Positions 8,976 to 17,766 of a DNA stretch of 64,000 nucleotides are shown here, in pieces. The DNA lies in assembly GCA_021161675.1 (NCBI GenBank), contig JAGHAF010000030.1, positions 9,376 through 73,375 of the forward strand, written 5' to 3'. This stretch comes from Planctomycetota bacterium (GTDB lineage: Bacteria; Planctomycetota; Brocadiia; SM23-32). A program made the position numbers and the translations under genes. The number at the start of each line of letters is the position of its first letter. The stretch's first letter is position 1. The notes beneath the pieces are model-generated. The model was not told the DNA's origin. It worked only from the letters and a program-made list of their open reading frames with translations, and made no database searches.

Positions 8976-10111
8976 GATTCATCGACGACTTCCGCAACGC
9001 GGAACATGTCAAGGCGCTCGCCGGGAGCATCGAGAGGCGTGCAGCGCAGGCGGGCAGGCCGTTGCGTTTCATGGAGGTCTGCGGCGGGCATACGATGGCC
9101 ATCCACCGATTCGGCCTTCCGCAACTGCTTCCCGAAAGCGTCGAACTGCTCAGCGGCCCCGGATGCCCCGTCTGTGTCACGCCGACCACGTATATTGATC
9201 GCGCAATTGAGCTGGGCCGCGATGGCGCCCTGCTGACCACGTTCGGCGACCTCTACCGCGTTCCCGGCAGCGAGCGCAGCGTGGAGGGAGCCTCCGCCGC
9301 GGGGCTTCTGGAGGCGCTGGTAGTCTATTCGCCGCGGGACGCCCTTCGCGCCGCTCAGGACAGCCACGACCGAGAGGTCGTGTTCCTCGCCATCGGATTC
9401 GAGACGACCGCGCCGACTGTCGCAGCGACGCTTCTAGAGGCGAAGCGCCTGGGCCTTCGGAACTTCCGCGTCCTGTCGGGACATAAGACCATGCCCCGCG
9501 CCCTCCGCGCTTTGTTAGAAGCGCCCGAGGTGGCGATAGACGGCTTCATTCTGCCGGGCCACGTCTGCACGATAACCGGCGCCAGGCCGTTTACCTTCAT
9601 TCCCGATGAGTTCGGCGTGCCCTGCTGCGTGACGGGGTTCGAACCGGCGGACATCCTGGCGAGCATAGAGAAGCTGACGGAGCTTTGTGGCCCGGGGCGG
9701 CGACCCGCCCTTGAGAACGCCTACCGCCGGGCTGTCCGGCCCGATGGCAACGAGAAGGCCCTCGCCCTACTGGAGCGCGTTATGGTCCCGGTCGACGCCC
9801 AATGGCGTGGGATCGGTCATATCCCGGGGAGCGGACTGGATTTGGGGCCGCAGTGGCTCGAGTTCCGCGTTGAGCCTCCCGACCCGGAGCGGCCCTCCGC
9901 GGAATATAGCGCCTGCCGCTGCGGGGATGTCCTTCGCGGGCTGATCAAGCCTGCGGAGTGTTCCCTCTTCGGCGAGGTCTGCACGCCGGACAGCCCCGTG
10001 GGGCCCTGCATGGTTTCGTCCGAAGGTTCCTGCGCGGCACACTTCAAATATGGTTCCCAAACATTCACCGCAGGGCTCGCAGAGATCGCAGAGAACGGCA
10101 AAGGATATTGA
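8972..10111 (+). CDS. hypD: hydrogenase maturation factor HypD
   Basis: Start MRFIDDFRN overlaps the hypC stop (ATGA). Motifs CGGHT, GPGCPVC and FEP-type C-terminus with CxxC. Confidence 0.9.
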   Translation: MRFIDDFRNAEHVKALAGSIERRAAQAGRPLRFMEVCGGHTMAIHRFGLPQLLPESVELLSGPGCPVCVTPTTYIDRAIELGRDGALLTTFGDLYRVPGSERSVEGASAAGLLEALVVYSPRDALRAAQDSHDREVVFLAIGFETTAPTVAATLLEAKRLGLRNFRVLSGHKTMPRALRALLEAPEVAIDGFILPGHVCTITGARPFTFIPDEFGVPCCVTGFEPADILASIEKLTELCGPGRRPALENAYRRAVRPDGNEKALALLERVMVPVDAQWRGIGHIPGSGLDLGPQWLEFRVEPPDPERPSAEYSACRCGDVLRGLIKPAECSLFGEVCTPDSPVGPCMVSSEGSCAAHFKYGSQTFTAGLAEIAENGKGY

Positions 10112-10152
10112 CTATTACGGCCGGTTTTTCAGTGTCTGAATAGGAGTTCAGG

Positions 10153-10296
10153 AAATTGCAACATCACATCTGGTGGGTCCGGTCCGCGCGAGACCGCTCA
10201 GCAGGCGCCCGCGTAGCCGGTCCCTCCTCACGGGCAGGCGCGGCGCACTCCAGAGGCAGTCAGCGGCATGTTGCATAATCATGAAGTTGTATTTAG
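10153..10296 (+). promoter_or_regulatory. conserved element copy B upstream of hypE (same conserved termini as copy A, shorter and different interior)
   Basis: AAATTGCAACATCACATCTGGTGGG ... GGCATGTTGCATAATCATGAAGTTGTATTTAG. 5' TTGCAACAT is fully complementary to 3' ATGTTGCA. Confidence 0.5.
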
Positions 10297-10373
10297 CGTG
10301 GCGTTAGTGTTCCCTGTGTCCTGAGTGCAGAGAGAAGCCTGAACTCTTACGATGAACCGGCAGAGGAACCAAT

Positions 10374-11384
10374 ATGACTGAAAAGACCATCAAACTGGGA
10401 CACGGCAGCGGCGGCAGCCTTACGCGCGCGCTGATCGAAGAGACTCTGCTGCGCTACTTCGACTCCCCCCTGCTGGCCGGCCTGCCGGACAGCGCGAAGG
10501 TTCAGCTCCAGGGCGTCCCCGCCGCTTTCACCACGGACACCTACGTGGTAGACCCGCTTTTCTTCCCGGGCGGCGACATCGGGAAGCTGGCCGTATACGG
10601 AACGGTCAACGACCTGGCCGTCGTAGGGGCCATCCCGCGCTTTATCTCCTGTGCGCTCATCATCGAGGAAGGGCTCCCGCAATCGGACCTGCGAACCATC
10701 CTGAGTTCCATGCGCCAGGCCGCAGATCACGCAGGCACGGAAGTGGTCACAGGCGATACGAAGGTCGTTCCACGAGGTAAAGCCGATTCGATCTTCATCA
10801 ATACCGCCGGCATTGGCGCGTTCCGCCCGGAGAGCGCCCTGCCCGATGCCGAGATGAAGGCGGGCGACGTCGTACTCGTCAGCGGCCCCATCGGGGACCA
10901 CGGCGCGGCTGTCCTATCGGCGCGAGAGGGCCTGAACCTGGACTCCGCCATCCTGAGCGATTGCGCCCCGGTGACAGAGGTGGCGCAGGCTATCCTCGCC
11001 GGCGCCAGGCGCACGTCGTTCCTGCGCGACGTCACCCGCGGGGGCCTTGTGACCATCCTGAACGAAGCCGTCGGCGGCGCCCCTCTCGGCCTCCTGCTCA
11101 GGGAACAGGACATACCGGTCCGCCCAGGGGTCCGCTCAATCTGCGAGCTATTGGGGCTCGACCCGTTCTACCTCGCCTGTGAGGGGCGGGTGGCGGCAGT
11201 GATTGACGCCGAAAGCGCCCCGATTGTGGTCGAGGCCGTCCGCAGAACCCCTGCAGGACAGGACGCGACGATCATCGGCGAGGCCACCGCAGAGTACGCG
11301 GGAGAAATAGTTATCGAGACGGCCTTCGGGACGCATCGCCTGGTGCAGATGCTCAGCGGGGAGCAACTGCCGCGCATTTGCTGA
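10374..11384 (+). CDS. hypE: carbamoyl dehydratase HypE
   Basis: PurM-like fold, HGSGG N-terminus, C-terminal PRIC. Confidence 0.9.
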   Translation: MTEKTIKLGHGSGGSLTRALIEETLLRYFDSPLLAGLPDSAKVQLQGVPAAFTTDTYVVDPLFFPGGDIGKLAVYGTVNDLAVVGAIPRFISCALIIEEGLPQSDLRTILSSMRQAADHAGTEVVTGDTKVVPRGKADSIFINTAGIGAFRPESALPDAEMKAGDVVLVSGPIGDHGAAVLSAREGLNLDSAILSDCAPVTEVAQAILAGARRTSFLRDVTRGGLVTILNEAVGGAPLGLLLREQDIPVRPGVRSICELLGLDPFYLACEGRVAAVIDAESAPIVVEAVRRTPAGQDATIIGEATAEYAGEIVIETAFGTHRLVQMLSGEQLPRIC

Positions 11385-11405
11385 GGATCGGACTCGAATG
11401 GTGGT

Positions 11406-11570
11406 TCATTTGCGCCGCAGCATTCCGCGCACGATCAGCTCCACGGCCTTGCTTTCGTCCATGCCCCGGCCCATGAGCGTCTGAAGCCGCCCGGAGTCCG
11501 CGCTTCCGATGGCGGCCTCGTGGGTCAGGCGCCAGGGAATAGCGCAGGTCGCTGGCTTTTGGAAGAGACA
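11406..11570 (-). pseudogene. remnant of a sufB/sufD-family Fe-S assembly gene (C-terminal ~40 codons only)
   Basis: Minus-strand frame reads ...LTHEAAIGSADSGRLQTLMGRGMDESKAVELIVRGMLRRK*. This matches the conserved SufB/SufD C-terminus (HEAxxxxIxxxQLFYLxxRGIxEExAxxMIVxGF). A stop lies immediately upstream in frame and there is no start. Confidence 0.4.
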
Positions 11571-11689
11571 TATTCATAGTCCTCATGTTTGACCTGGATA
11601 TAGCGCAAAAGTCAGAGTATAAACGCCCTCGGGCACAAAGCCACTTACAAACGGGAGGACATTTTCTCAACAAATCACTGCCGGGGCTC

Positions 11690-11718
11690 TTGACGAAAAC
11701 CCCCCTTTGCTTTACGTT
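11690..11718 (+). promoter_or_regulatory. candidate sigma-70 promoter for the hydrogenase structural genes (TTGACG-17 nt-TACGTT)
   Basis: Hexamers with 17-nt spacing about 100 nt upstream of the small-subunit ATG. GGGAGA RBS 7 nt before the ATG at 11821. Confidence 0.35.
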
Positions 11719-11820
11719 CATTGCCAGAGTTGCGCGACAGATGGCGACGAGCGCTTTTGTTGCCCTAATTCCTTCTTGCGCAGGGCCTTATCCCTATTCG
11801 TAAAGCTCCGGGAGAACCCC

Positions 11821-12675
11821 ATGGCATGTAATGAAGTTCCCGTTGTCTGGCTCCAGGGGGGCGGATGTTCGGGCTGCACCGTTTCCCTGGCGAACTCGCT
11901 GTTCCCGTCACTGCGAAACATCCTGCTCGATCAGCTCCTGCCTGGCACGCACCTGAGCCTTCTCTATCACCCCACCCTGATGGCCGGGCAAGGCGAGGGG
12001 GCCTTTTCAGTCCTGGACCGGCCGCTCGGTCAGGGCTACGTGCTCGCCATCGAGGGCGCCATTCCAGAGAACGATCAATTCTGCACCATCGGCGAGAAGA
12101 ACGGTCAGGAGGTGACGATTCTCTCCAAGTTCGTGGAACTGGCCTGCGACGCCTCGCTCGTGCTGGCCGTGGGAACGTGTTCTTCCTTCGGCGGGATACC
12201 CGCCGGCTCGCCCAATCCTGGCGGATTCGCTTCGGCCGGCCAGGTAGCGGCCAAATATGATATCACGACGCCGGTGGTGAACGTGCCGGGCTGCCCGGCT
12301 CACCCCGATTGGATAGTCACCGCCATAGCCGAATTCCTCTTGGCCGGCGCCGGGGGACTCAGGCTGGATGCGCTGGGACGGCCCATGTCCATTTACGGGC
12401 AACTGATACATGAGAACTGCCCCCGGCGCGCCTACTACGACGAGGGCAAATTCGCTGAGAAACCGGGCGACCCAGAGTGCCTCCACGAACTCGGCTGCAA
12501 GGGGCCGATCACATACGCGGACTGCCCACTTCGACGGTGGAACAACGCGACAAACTGGTGCGTCGGGGCCGGCGGGCCCTGCAACGGCTGCACTCAACCG
12601 GAGTACATTGACGAGACGACCCCCTTCTACCAGAAGCTGCCCGAGGACGCCCTGCCGAAGATCGGCCAGGCGTAA
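11821..12675 (+). CDS. [NiFe]-hydrogenase small subunit, cytoplasmic type (no Tat signal peptide)
   Basis: VVWLQGGGCSGC proximal-cluster motif. C-terminal CPRR..C / CLHELGCKGP / CPLRRWN..NWCVGAGGPCNGC medial and distal cluster ligands. Real start is the MACNEV ATG at 11821, not the tracked 11707. No RRxFxK motif. Confidence 0.9.
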   Translation: MACNEVPVVWLQGGGCSGCTVSLANSLFPSLRNILLDQLLPGTHLSLLYHPTLMAGQGEGAFSVLDRPLGQGYVLAIEGAIPENDQFCTIGEKNGQEVTILSKFVELACDASLVLAVGTCSSFGGIPAGSPNPGGFASAGQVAAKYDITTPVVNVPGCPAHPDWIVTAIAEFLLAGAGGLRLDALGRPMSIYGQLIHENCPRRAYYDEGKFAEKPGDPECLHELGCKGPITYADCPLRRWNNATNWCVGAGGPCNGCTQPEYIDETTPFYQKLPEDALPKIGQA

Positions 12676-12705
12676 TCGTTCACGCTGTTTCCACAGGAGA
12701 TAAGG

Positions 12706-14244
12706 ATGAGCAAAAGCACAATCACGATTGACCCCGTCACCCGGATCGAAGGTCATCTCGGGGTCCGCGTGGAGATGGAGGACGGCGTGATTACTGAGGC
12801 ACGGTGCTCGGGCACGCTTTTCCGGGGCCTGGAGATCATTCTGCGTGGAAGGGACCCTCGAGATGCCCCCATCCTGACTCAGCGCATCTGCGGAGTCTGC
12901 CCGCAGTCCCATGCGACCGCGTCTGCGCTGGCGCTTGATGAAGCATATGGCGTAACCGGCCGGATACCTCAGAACGGCCGCCTGCTGCGGGACATCATGT
13001 TGGGCGCTAATTTTCTCCAGTCGCACGTGCTGCACTTCTATCATCTGGCCGCGCTCGATTACGTGGACGTGACGGCAGTCCAGGGCTATACCGGGAGCGA
13101 TCCCGGCCTCCAATCGGTGAAGGGCTTTATCTCGCGCGGCCAACTGGCGCCGTTCGCGCCGCGCTACGAAGGGGATTATCGCCTCGAGCCCGATGAGAAC
13201 ATTGCGGCGACCAGACACTACATCGAGGCCCTCGACGTCCGGCGAAACGCCCACGAATTGGGGGCGCTGTTCGGCGGCAAAATGCCACATCAATGCACGG
13301 TCAACGTGGGGGGCGTGGGCACGGCGGTCAGCGCGGATAAGATCGTTCGGGCGCTGTCCTACGTCGAGAGTATCCTCGAGTTTATCGACAGCGCATATCT
13401 GCCGGACATCCTCCTCGTCGCCGGGCGTTATCCGGACTACTTCGATATCGGGAGGGGCTGCTCCCGGTTCCTCGCGTTCGGAGCCATGGAGTCAACCGGC
13501 ACGCCGCTTTTTGCTTCAGGCGTCCTCTCGCCCGATGGCCGGTTTTCGGATTTCGAGCGTGAGAATGTCAGTGAGGAAATCGCCACCTCTTACTACTCCG
13601 AGGAGTCGAAGGCCGACACGCCCTTTGACAGCACAACAGTGCCCAATGCGGAAAAGGACGGCGCCTATTCGTGGCTCAAGTCGCCGCGCTACGACGGAAA
13701 GCCCTGCGAGGTGGGGCCACTTGCGCGGATGATGGTCGGCCACGCCGCCGGCGACGAGCGCATTAGAACGGCTGTCGAAGCCCTGCTGGATCAAACCGGC
13801 CTCGACGCCTGCCGGCTCAACTCCACCCTCGGGAGGCACGCCGCCCGCGCGCTGGAGACCAAGCTGGTGGCCACCGCAATGCGAGAATGGATACTGGCCC
13901 TCAGGCCCGGCGAGCCGTGCACGCTGGCGCCGGAGGTCGTGGAATCCGGCCAGGGCGTCGGGCTGACCGAGGCCCCTCGCGGCGCGCTGAGCCACTGGGT
14001 CACGATTCAAGACGGCAAGCTAGCCAATTACCAGTGCGTGGTTCCCACGACGTGGAACGGCAGCCCTCGAGACAGTGAAGGCGTGCCGGGACCGATCGAA
14101 CAGGCGATTGAAGGCGAAGCCATCCGGGATTCGGACAATCCGTTCGAGATAGTGAGGATTATCCGCTCCTTTGATCCGTGCCTGGCGTGCGCCGTTCACC
14201 TGCAACGGCCCAGGGGCGAGTTACACATAGAGTTGCCCATATAG
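12706..14244 (+). CDS. [NiFe]-hydrogenase large subunit
   Basis: N-terminal L1 motif RICGVCPQSH. C-terminal L2 motif DPCLACAVH followed by a 14-aa extension (LQRPRGELHIELPI), the expected substrate of the maturation endopeptidase. 512 aa. Confidence 0.9.
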   Translation: MSKSTITIDPVTRIEGHLGVRVEMEDGVITEARCSGTLFRGLEIILRGRDPRDAPILTQRICGVCPQSHATASALALDEAYGVTGRIPQNGRLLRDIMLGANFLQSHVLHFYHLAALDYVDVTAVQGYTGSDPGLQSVKGFISRGQLAPFAPRYEGDYRLEPDENIAATRHYIEALDVRRNAHELGALFGGKMPHQCTVNVGGVGTAVSADKIVRALSYVESILEFIDSAYLPDILLVAGRYPDYFDIGRGCSRFLAFGAMESTGTPLFASGVLSPDGRFSDFERENVSEEIATSYYSEESKADTPFDSTTVPNAEKDGAYSWLKSPRYDGKPCEVGPLARMMVGHAAGDERIRTAVEALLDQTGLDACRLNSTLGRHAARALETKLVATAMREWILALRPGEPCTLAPEVVESGQGVGLTEAPRGALSHWVTIQDGKLANYQCVVPTTWNGSPRDSEGVPGPIEQAIEGEAIRDSDNPFEIVRIIRSFDPCLACAVHLQRPRGELHIELPI

Positions 14245-14269
14245 CATAAGAGAATCAAGGAGCTCGGCG

Positions 14270-14956
14270 ATGTTAGTGACCGAATTGAAGCCTCAAGATG
14301 AGATACTGGAGGGGCTTGCCGATGATTCCAGCGTCTTCCTTCTGGGCTGCGACGGGTGCGCAAGCGCCTGCGAAACCGGCGGGGCGGAGAACCTGCCCGC
14401 CCTGGCGGAAATGCTTCAGCAGGCAGGCAAGGAGCTGACCGGCCAGACCGCGGTTGACTACCTTTGCAACAAGTCTTTGATCCGCTCATACCTGCGCCCC
14501 TACGAGGCGCAAATAATGGACGCCGACAGCGTCCTGGTGGCCACGTGTGGGGTCGGCGTTCAATGTGTGGCCGACAGCGTCCTGAAGCGCGTCCGGACCG
14601 CTTGCAATACCGTCAACATGGGCGGCGTGAGCGGCGTGCAGATGTCGGGCGAACGCTGCGCCGAATGCGGCGACTGCCTGCTCAGCCAGACCGGCGGCAT
14701 CTGCCCCATCACCGCCTGCTCCAAGAGCATGGTCAACGGGCCGTGCGGCGGGACCTCCAGCGACGGGAAGTGCGAGGTGGACAACAAGCGCGACTGCGGC
14801 TGGTATCGGATCTATCAACGCCTGAAAGAACTCGACGCGCTCGACCAGATGAAGGTAATCATCCCGCCGAAACGACACGGCCTTTTCCTGCCCACTTACG
14901 AGACAATGACCGGCGAGTTCTGGGCCGTGGAAGGCCGGCCGGAGGGGGAGGCGTAA
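14270..14956 (+). CDS. cysteine-rich protein resembling MetV / methylene-THF reductase C-terminal-domain family (putative Fe-S or Zn electron-transfer partner)
   Basis: 228 aa. Motifs GCDGCASACETGG, ATCGVGVQCV, CAECGDCLLSQTGGICPITACSKSMVNGPCGGTSSDGKCEV, WYRIYQRL. Starts 26 nt after the large-subunit stop with an AGGAG RBS. Confidence 0.55.
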   Translation: MLVTELKPQDEILEGLADDSSVFLLGCDGCASACETGGAENLPALAEMLQQAGKELTGQTAVDYLCNKSLIRSYLRPYEAQIMDADSVLVATCGVGVQCVADSVLKRVRTACNTVNMGGVSGVQMSGERCAECGDCLLSQTGGICPITACSKSMVNGPCGGTSSDGKCEVDNKRDCGWYRIYQRLKELDALDQMKVIIPPKRHGLFLPTYETMTGEFWAVEGRPEGEA

Positions 14957-15004
14957 TCTGGCGAGAAGCGCGGGCGATAGACGTCCTGCCCGCCCCCTGC
15001 CGCC

Positions 15005-17077
15005 TCACCAGGACGGCGCCGCTTCGATCAGCTTCGCCGCCGCGTCGCTGTCGAGGGGCCTGGAGAAGAAGAAGCCCTGCGCATATTCGCACTCGAGTTC
15101 TCTGAGGCGGGCCAGGTGCTCAGCCGATTCTACGCCTTCCGCAACGACGGCCATGCCGAGGGAATGCGCCAACGTGATGATCGTGCGGACGATCTCGGCG
15201 TATTCCGCCTTCTTGTCCATGCCGCCGACGAAGCTGCTGTCTATCTTCAGCGTGCTTATGGGAAACTGGTGCAAGTAGCTGAGGGACGAATAACCCGTCC
15301 CGAAGTCATCCATCTCCAGCAGAACGCTCATAGCCTGGAGATCAAAGAGGATCCTGACCTGCTGTGGCGCGTTCTCCATTACCGTCGTCTCGGTAATCTC
15401 CAGCTTCAGGCACTCGGCGGCAAGGCCGGTTTCACGAAGAACGCGGCGCACGTGCGAGATAAGATCAGGCTCCGCAAACGTCTTGCTTGACAGGTTAACG
15501 TTCACTTCGAGGGGCCGCACAGAAGGAAACTGAGCCTGCCATTCGCAAGCCTGCTGGCAGGCTTCGTACATCACCCACTGGTCTATGGAAGCGATCTGGC
15601 CGCTATCTTCAGCGATAGGCAAGAACGCACCCGGCGCGATAACACCACGCTGCGGATGTTCCCAGCGCACAAGCGCCTCAAAGCCGGTGACCCTGCCGTC
15701 CTGGAGACGGATAATCGGTTGATACTGGATCGCCAGCTCGCGGCGATCCAAAGCCTTGCGCAGGTCCGCGTCTAATTGCAGGCGCAGGACCGCGTAATCG
15801 CGCATGTGCTGGTCAAAGATGCCGTAGCGCGCCTTGCCCTCGGCTTTGGCGTGGTACATGGCGGCGTCGGCATCGCGCAGCGCTTCCTCCGGGGTCTCGT
15901 ATACGCCGGCAGAGCCCAGTGCAATCCCGATGCTTGCGCTGACGAACACCTCTTGGCCCAGCACCTCAAGAGGCGGCGCAAGCCCTTCGAGCACCCGCTC
16001 AGCGATGGCGCCCGCGCCCCTGGCGTCGTGGACATCACCTGCCAGAATGGCGAACTCGTCCCCGCCAAGCCTTGCAACCATATCTATGGCGCGCATACAC
16101 TTCAGCAGCCTTCGGGAAGTCTCCATAAGCAGTCCATCGCCCGCCACGTGCCCAAGGCTGTCGTTGATAAACTTGAAATTATCCAGGTCCACAAGGAGCA
16201 CTGCGTAAACATAGCCGTCTTGCCGCCTGGCGCGTTGAATCGAATAACGCAGCCTCTCCATGAACAGAGCGCGATTCGGCAGGTCAGTCAGCCCGTCGTG
16301 GACTGCGCCGTACGCCAACTCCTCCTCCATGCGTTTGCGGCGGGTAACGTCACGGAGCAAGGCCAGGTGAGCCATTTGCCCCTTCCACTCCATTTCGGCC
16401 ACGCGCATTTCGGCCACTACCTGAGTTGCGTCGCCGCGAATGATCTGGAGTTCCTGCGTCCTTCCGCTCAGCACCGGAAAGCCGAAGGGCTCGTCAAGCA
16501 TGTCGGTGGCGCCCCGACCCATGAGCGCCTCACCGGCAGGATTGACAAGCTGCACAATGCCATCCTTGTTCACGATTATTATGCCATCGGCGCTTGTTCG
16601 GATGATGCTGCGAAAGCGGCCCTCGCTGGCCTTCAGCTCGTTCTCTCTCCGCTTATGCTCAAGGGCGGAACGCAGAACACGCTGGAGCATCCTGCCGCCA
16701 AAATCCCCCTTTACCAGGTAGTCGTCCGCATATCCGTAGCGGATTCCCTTCCGGACCACCTTGTTCAGAAGCTCGGTGAGCACGACAACAGGTATGTCCG
16801 GGGCCTTGCGGCGAAATTCCACAAGCGTATTGCGCCCTTTTGAATCCGGCAATTCAAGGTCCAGCAAGACCACGTCAATGCCGCCCTCGGCAATGCGCTT
16901 GAGTCCCGCGCGAAGGCAATCAGCCGATTCCAACGCAAAGGCGCTCTTTTGACCTTTCGCGAGCGCCGCCCGCACCAGTTCCACATCCCGAGGATTATGA
17001 TCGATAAGCAACACATTGATGGCGTCTGCGCTTATTCTACCGCCTCCGTGCATCGTCCACAGCAAGGATTGACTCAC
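15005..17077 (-). CDS. response regulator receiver-PAS-GGDEF-EAL protein (c-di-GMP turnover)
   Basis: N-terminal receiver domain with the phospho-acceptor Asp in VVLLDLELPD, a PAS domain, a GGDEF motif (RLGGDEF), and EAL-domain motifs (EVLVRW, DDFGTGYSSL). Confidence 0.85.
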   Translation of the reverse strand: MSQSLLWTMHGGGRISADAINVLLIDHNPRDVELVRAALAKGQKSAFALESADCLRAGLKRIAEGGIDVVLLDLELPDSKGRNTLVEFRRKAPDIPVVVLTELLNKVVRKGIRYGYADDYLVKGDFGGRMLQRVLRSALEHKRRENELKASEGRFRSIIRTSADGIIIVNKDGIVQLVNPAGEALMGRGATDMLDEPFGFPVLSGRTQELQIIRGDATQVVAEMRVAEMEWKGQMAHLALLRDVTRRKRMEEELAYGAVHDGLTDLPNRALFMERLRYSIQRARRQDGYVYAVLLVDLDNFKFINDSLGHVAGDGLLMETSRRLLKCMRAIDMVARLGGDEFAILAGDVHDARGAGAIAERVLEGLAPPLEVLGQEVFVSASIGIALGSAGVYETPEEALRDADAAMYHAKAEGKARYGIFDQHMRDYAVLRLQLDADLRKALDRRELAIQYQPIIRLQDGRVTGFEALVRWEHPQRGVIAPGAFLPIAEDSGQIASIDQWVMYEACQQACEWQAQFPSVRPLEVNVNLSSKTFAEPDLISHVRRVLRETGLAAECLKLEITETTVMENAPQQVRILFDLQAMSVLLEMDDFGTGYSSLSYLHQFPISTLKIDSSFVGGMDKKAEYAEIVRTIITLAHSLGMAVVAEGVESAEHLARLRELECEYAQGFFFSRPLDSDAAAKLIEAAPSW

Positions 17078-17292
17078 CGAAGTTATGATACGGACGCGCC
17101 GACCCCACTATCAAGAGGAACATGGCGATGGGATGGGGGATCACCGGCCAGGGCCGCCACGCCCGGCGTCAGGAACTCACAGCGGCCCGGGCCACTGAGT
17201 TGTCCCAGCCCGAGACGCAGTCTGAACGCGCAACCCGTGGGAGGCGCCAGGGCAGCGTTCAGCCCGCAATTGGCCGGGGACGATTCGCTTTG

Positions 17293-17766
17293 CTATGCCA
17301 ATGTCGCCACCCAATCGCCAAGCCAGCGGGTGATAACGATCACGACCACTGCAATCGCAATATGCTCTGATATAATCCCCCAGGGCGGCTTCTTCTGCGC
17401 CCTTGCGATTGCATAACTTAGGACGGTGAGAAGGCACAATCCGAAGGCAACGCTCACGATGATCGCAACAGAGAGCGGCAGGAGAAGCACCGGCACAACG
17501 AAAGTCATCGCGAACAGGAACTTCGCAAAGAAAGTCGCCGTTGTAGCGATCCAAATCTGTTTGGTAGTATGAGTGTTCTCCGATTCCTCTGAGATATGCA
17601 TACCAAGAGCATCAGAAAATGCGTCGGCAACTGCGATTGTAAGGATTGCACTGATGACGACCATCTTAGAGTGAGTGCCTGAATGCAGGCCGACCATCAC
17701 TCCAAGAGTCGTGATAATGGCCGAAGTAAGGCCAAAAGCAACGCCTTTGCGCAAATGATCCTTCAC
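17293..17766 (-). CDS. VIT1/CCC1-family (DUF125) membrane protein, putative iron/manganese transporter
   Basis: 157 aa, four predicted TM helices, GLxxGxxxxxAxxxGxxxA-like pattern. Weak assignment. Confidence 0.45.
   Translation of the reverse strand: MKDHLRKGVAFGLTSAIITTLGVMVGLHSGTHSKMVVISAILTIAVADAFSDALGMHISEESENTHTTKQIWIATTATFFAKFLFAMTFVVPVLLLPLSVAIIVSVAFGLCLLTVLSYAIARAQKKPPWGIISEHIAIAVVVIVITRWLGDWVATLA

Noticed and set aside
11353-11721. 122-aa minus-strand ORF between hypE and the hydrogenase small subunit
   Set aside because: Composition is Arg-rich nonsense. The same DNA in another frame carries the sufB/sufD C-terminal remnant, which explains the open frames better than a real gene.
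11707-11820. Upstream extension of the hydrogenase small-subunit ORF (MLYVHCQSC...)
   Set aside because: The conserved small-subunit N-terminus (VVWLQGGGCSGC) begins right after the internal ATG at 11821. That ATG has a GGGAGA RBS. The extension overlaps the predicted promoter.
16949-17416. 155-aa ORF between the GGDEF-EAL gene and the VIT-family gene
   Set aside because: No motifs and Arg/Pro-rich composition. It overlaps the VIT-family gene on the opposite strand. Most likely non-coding.
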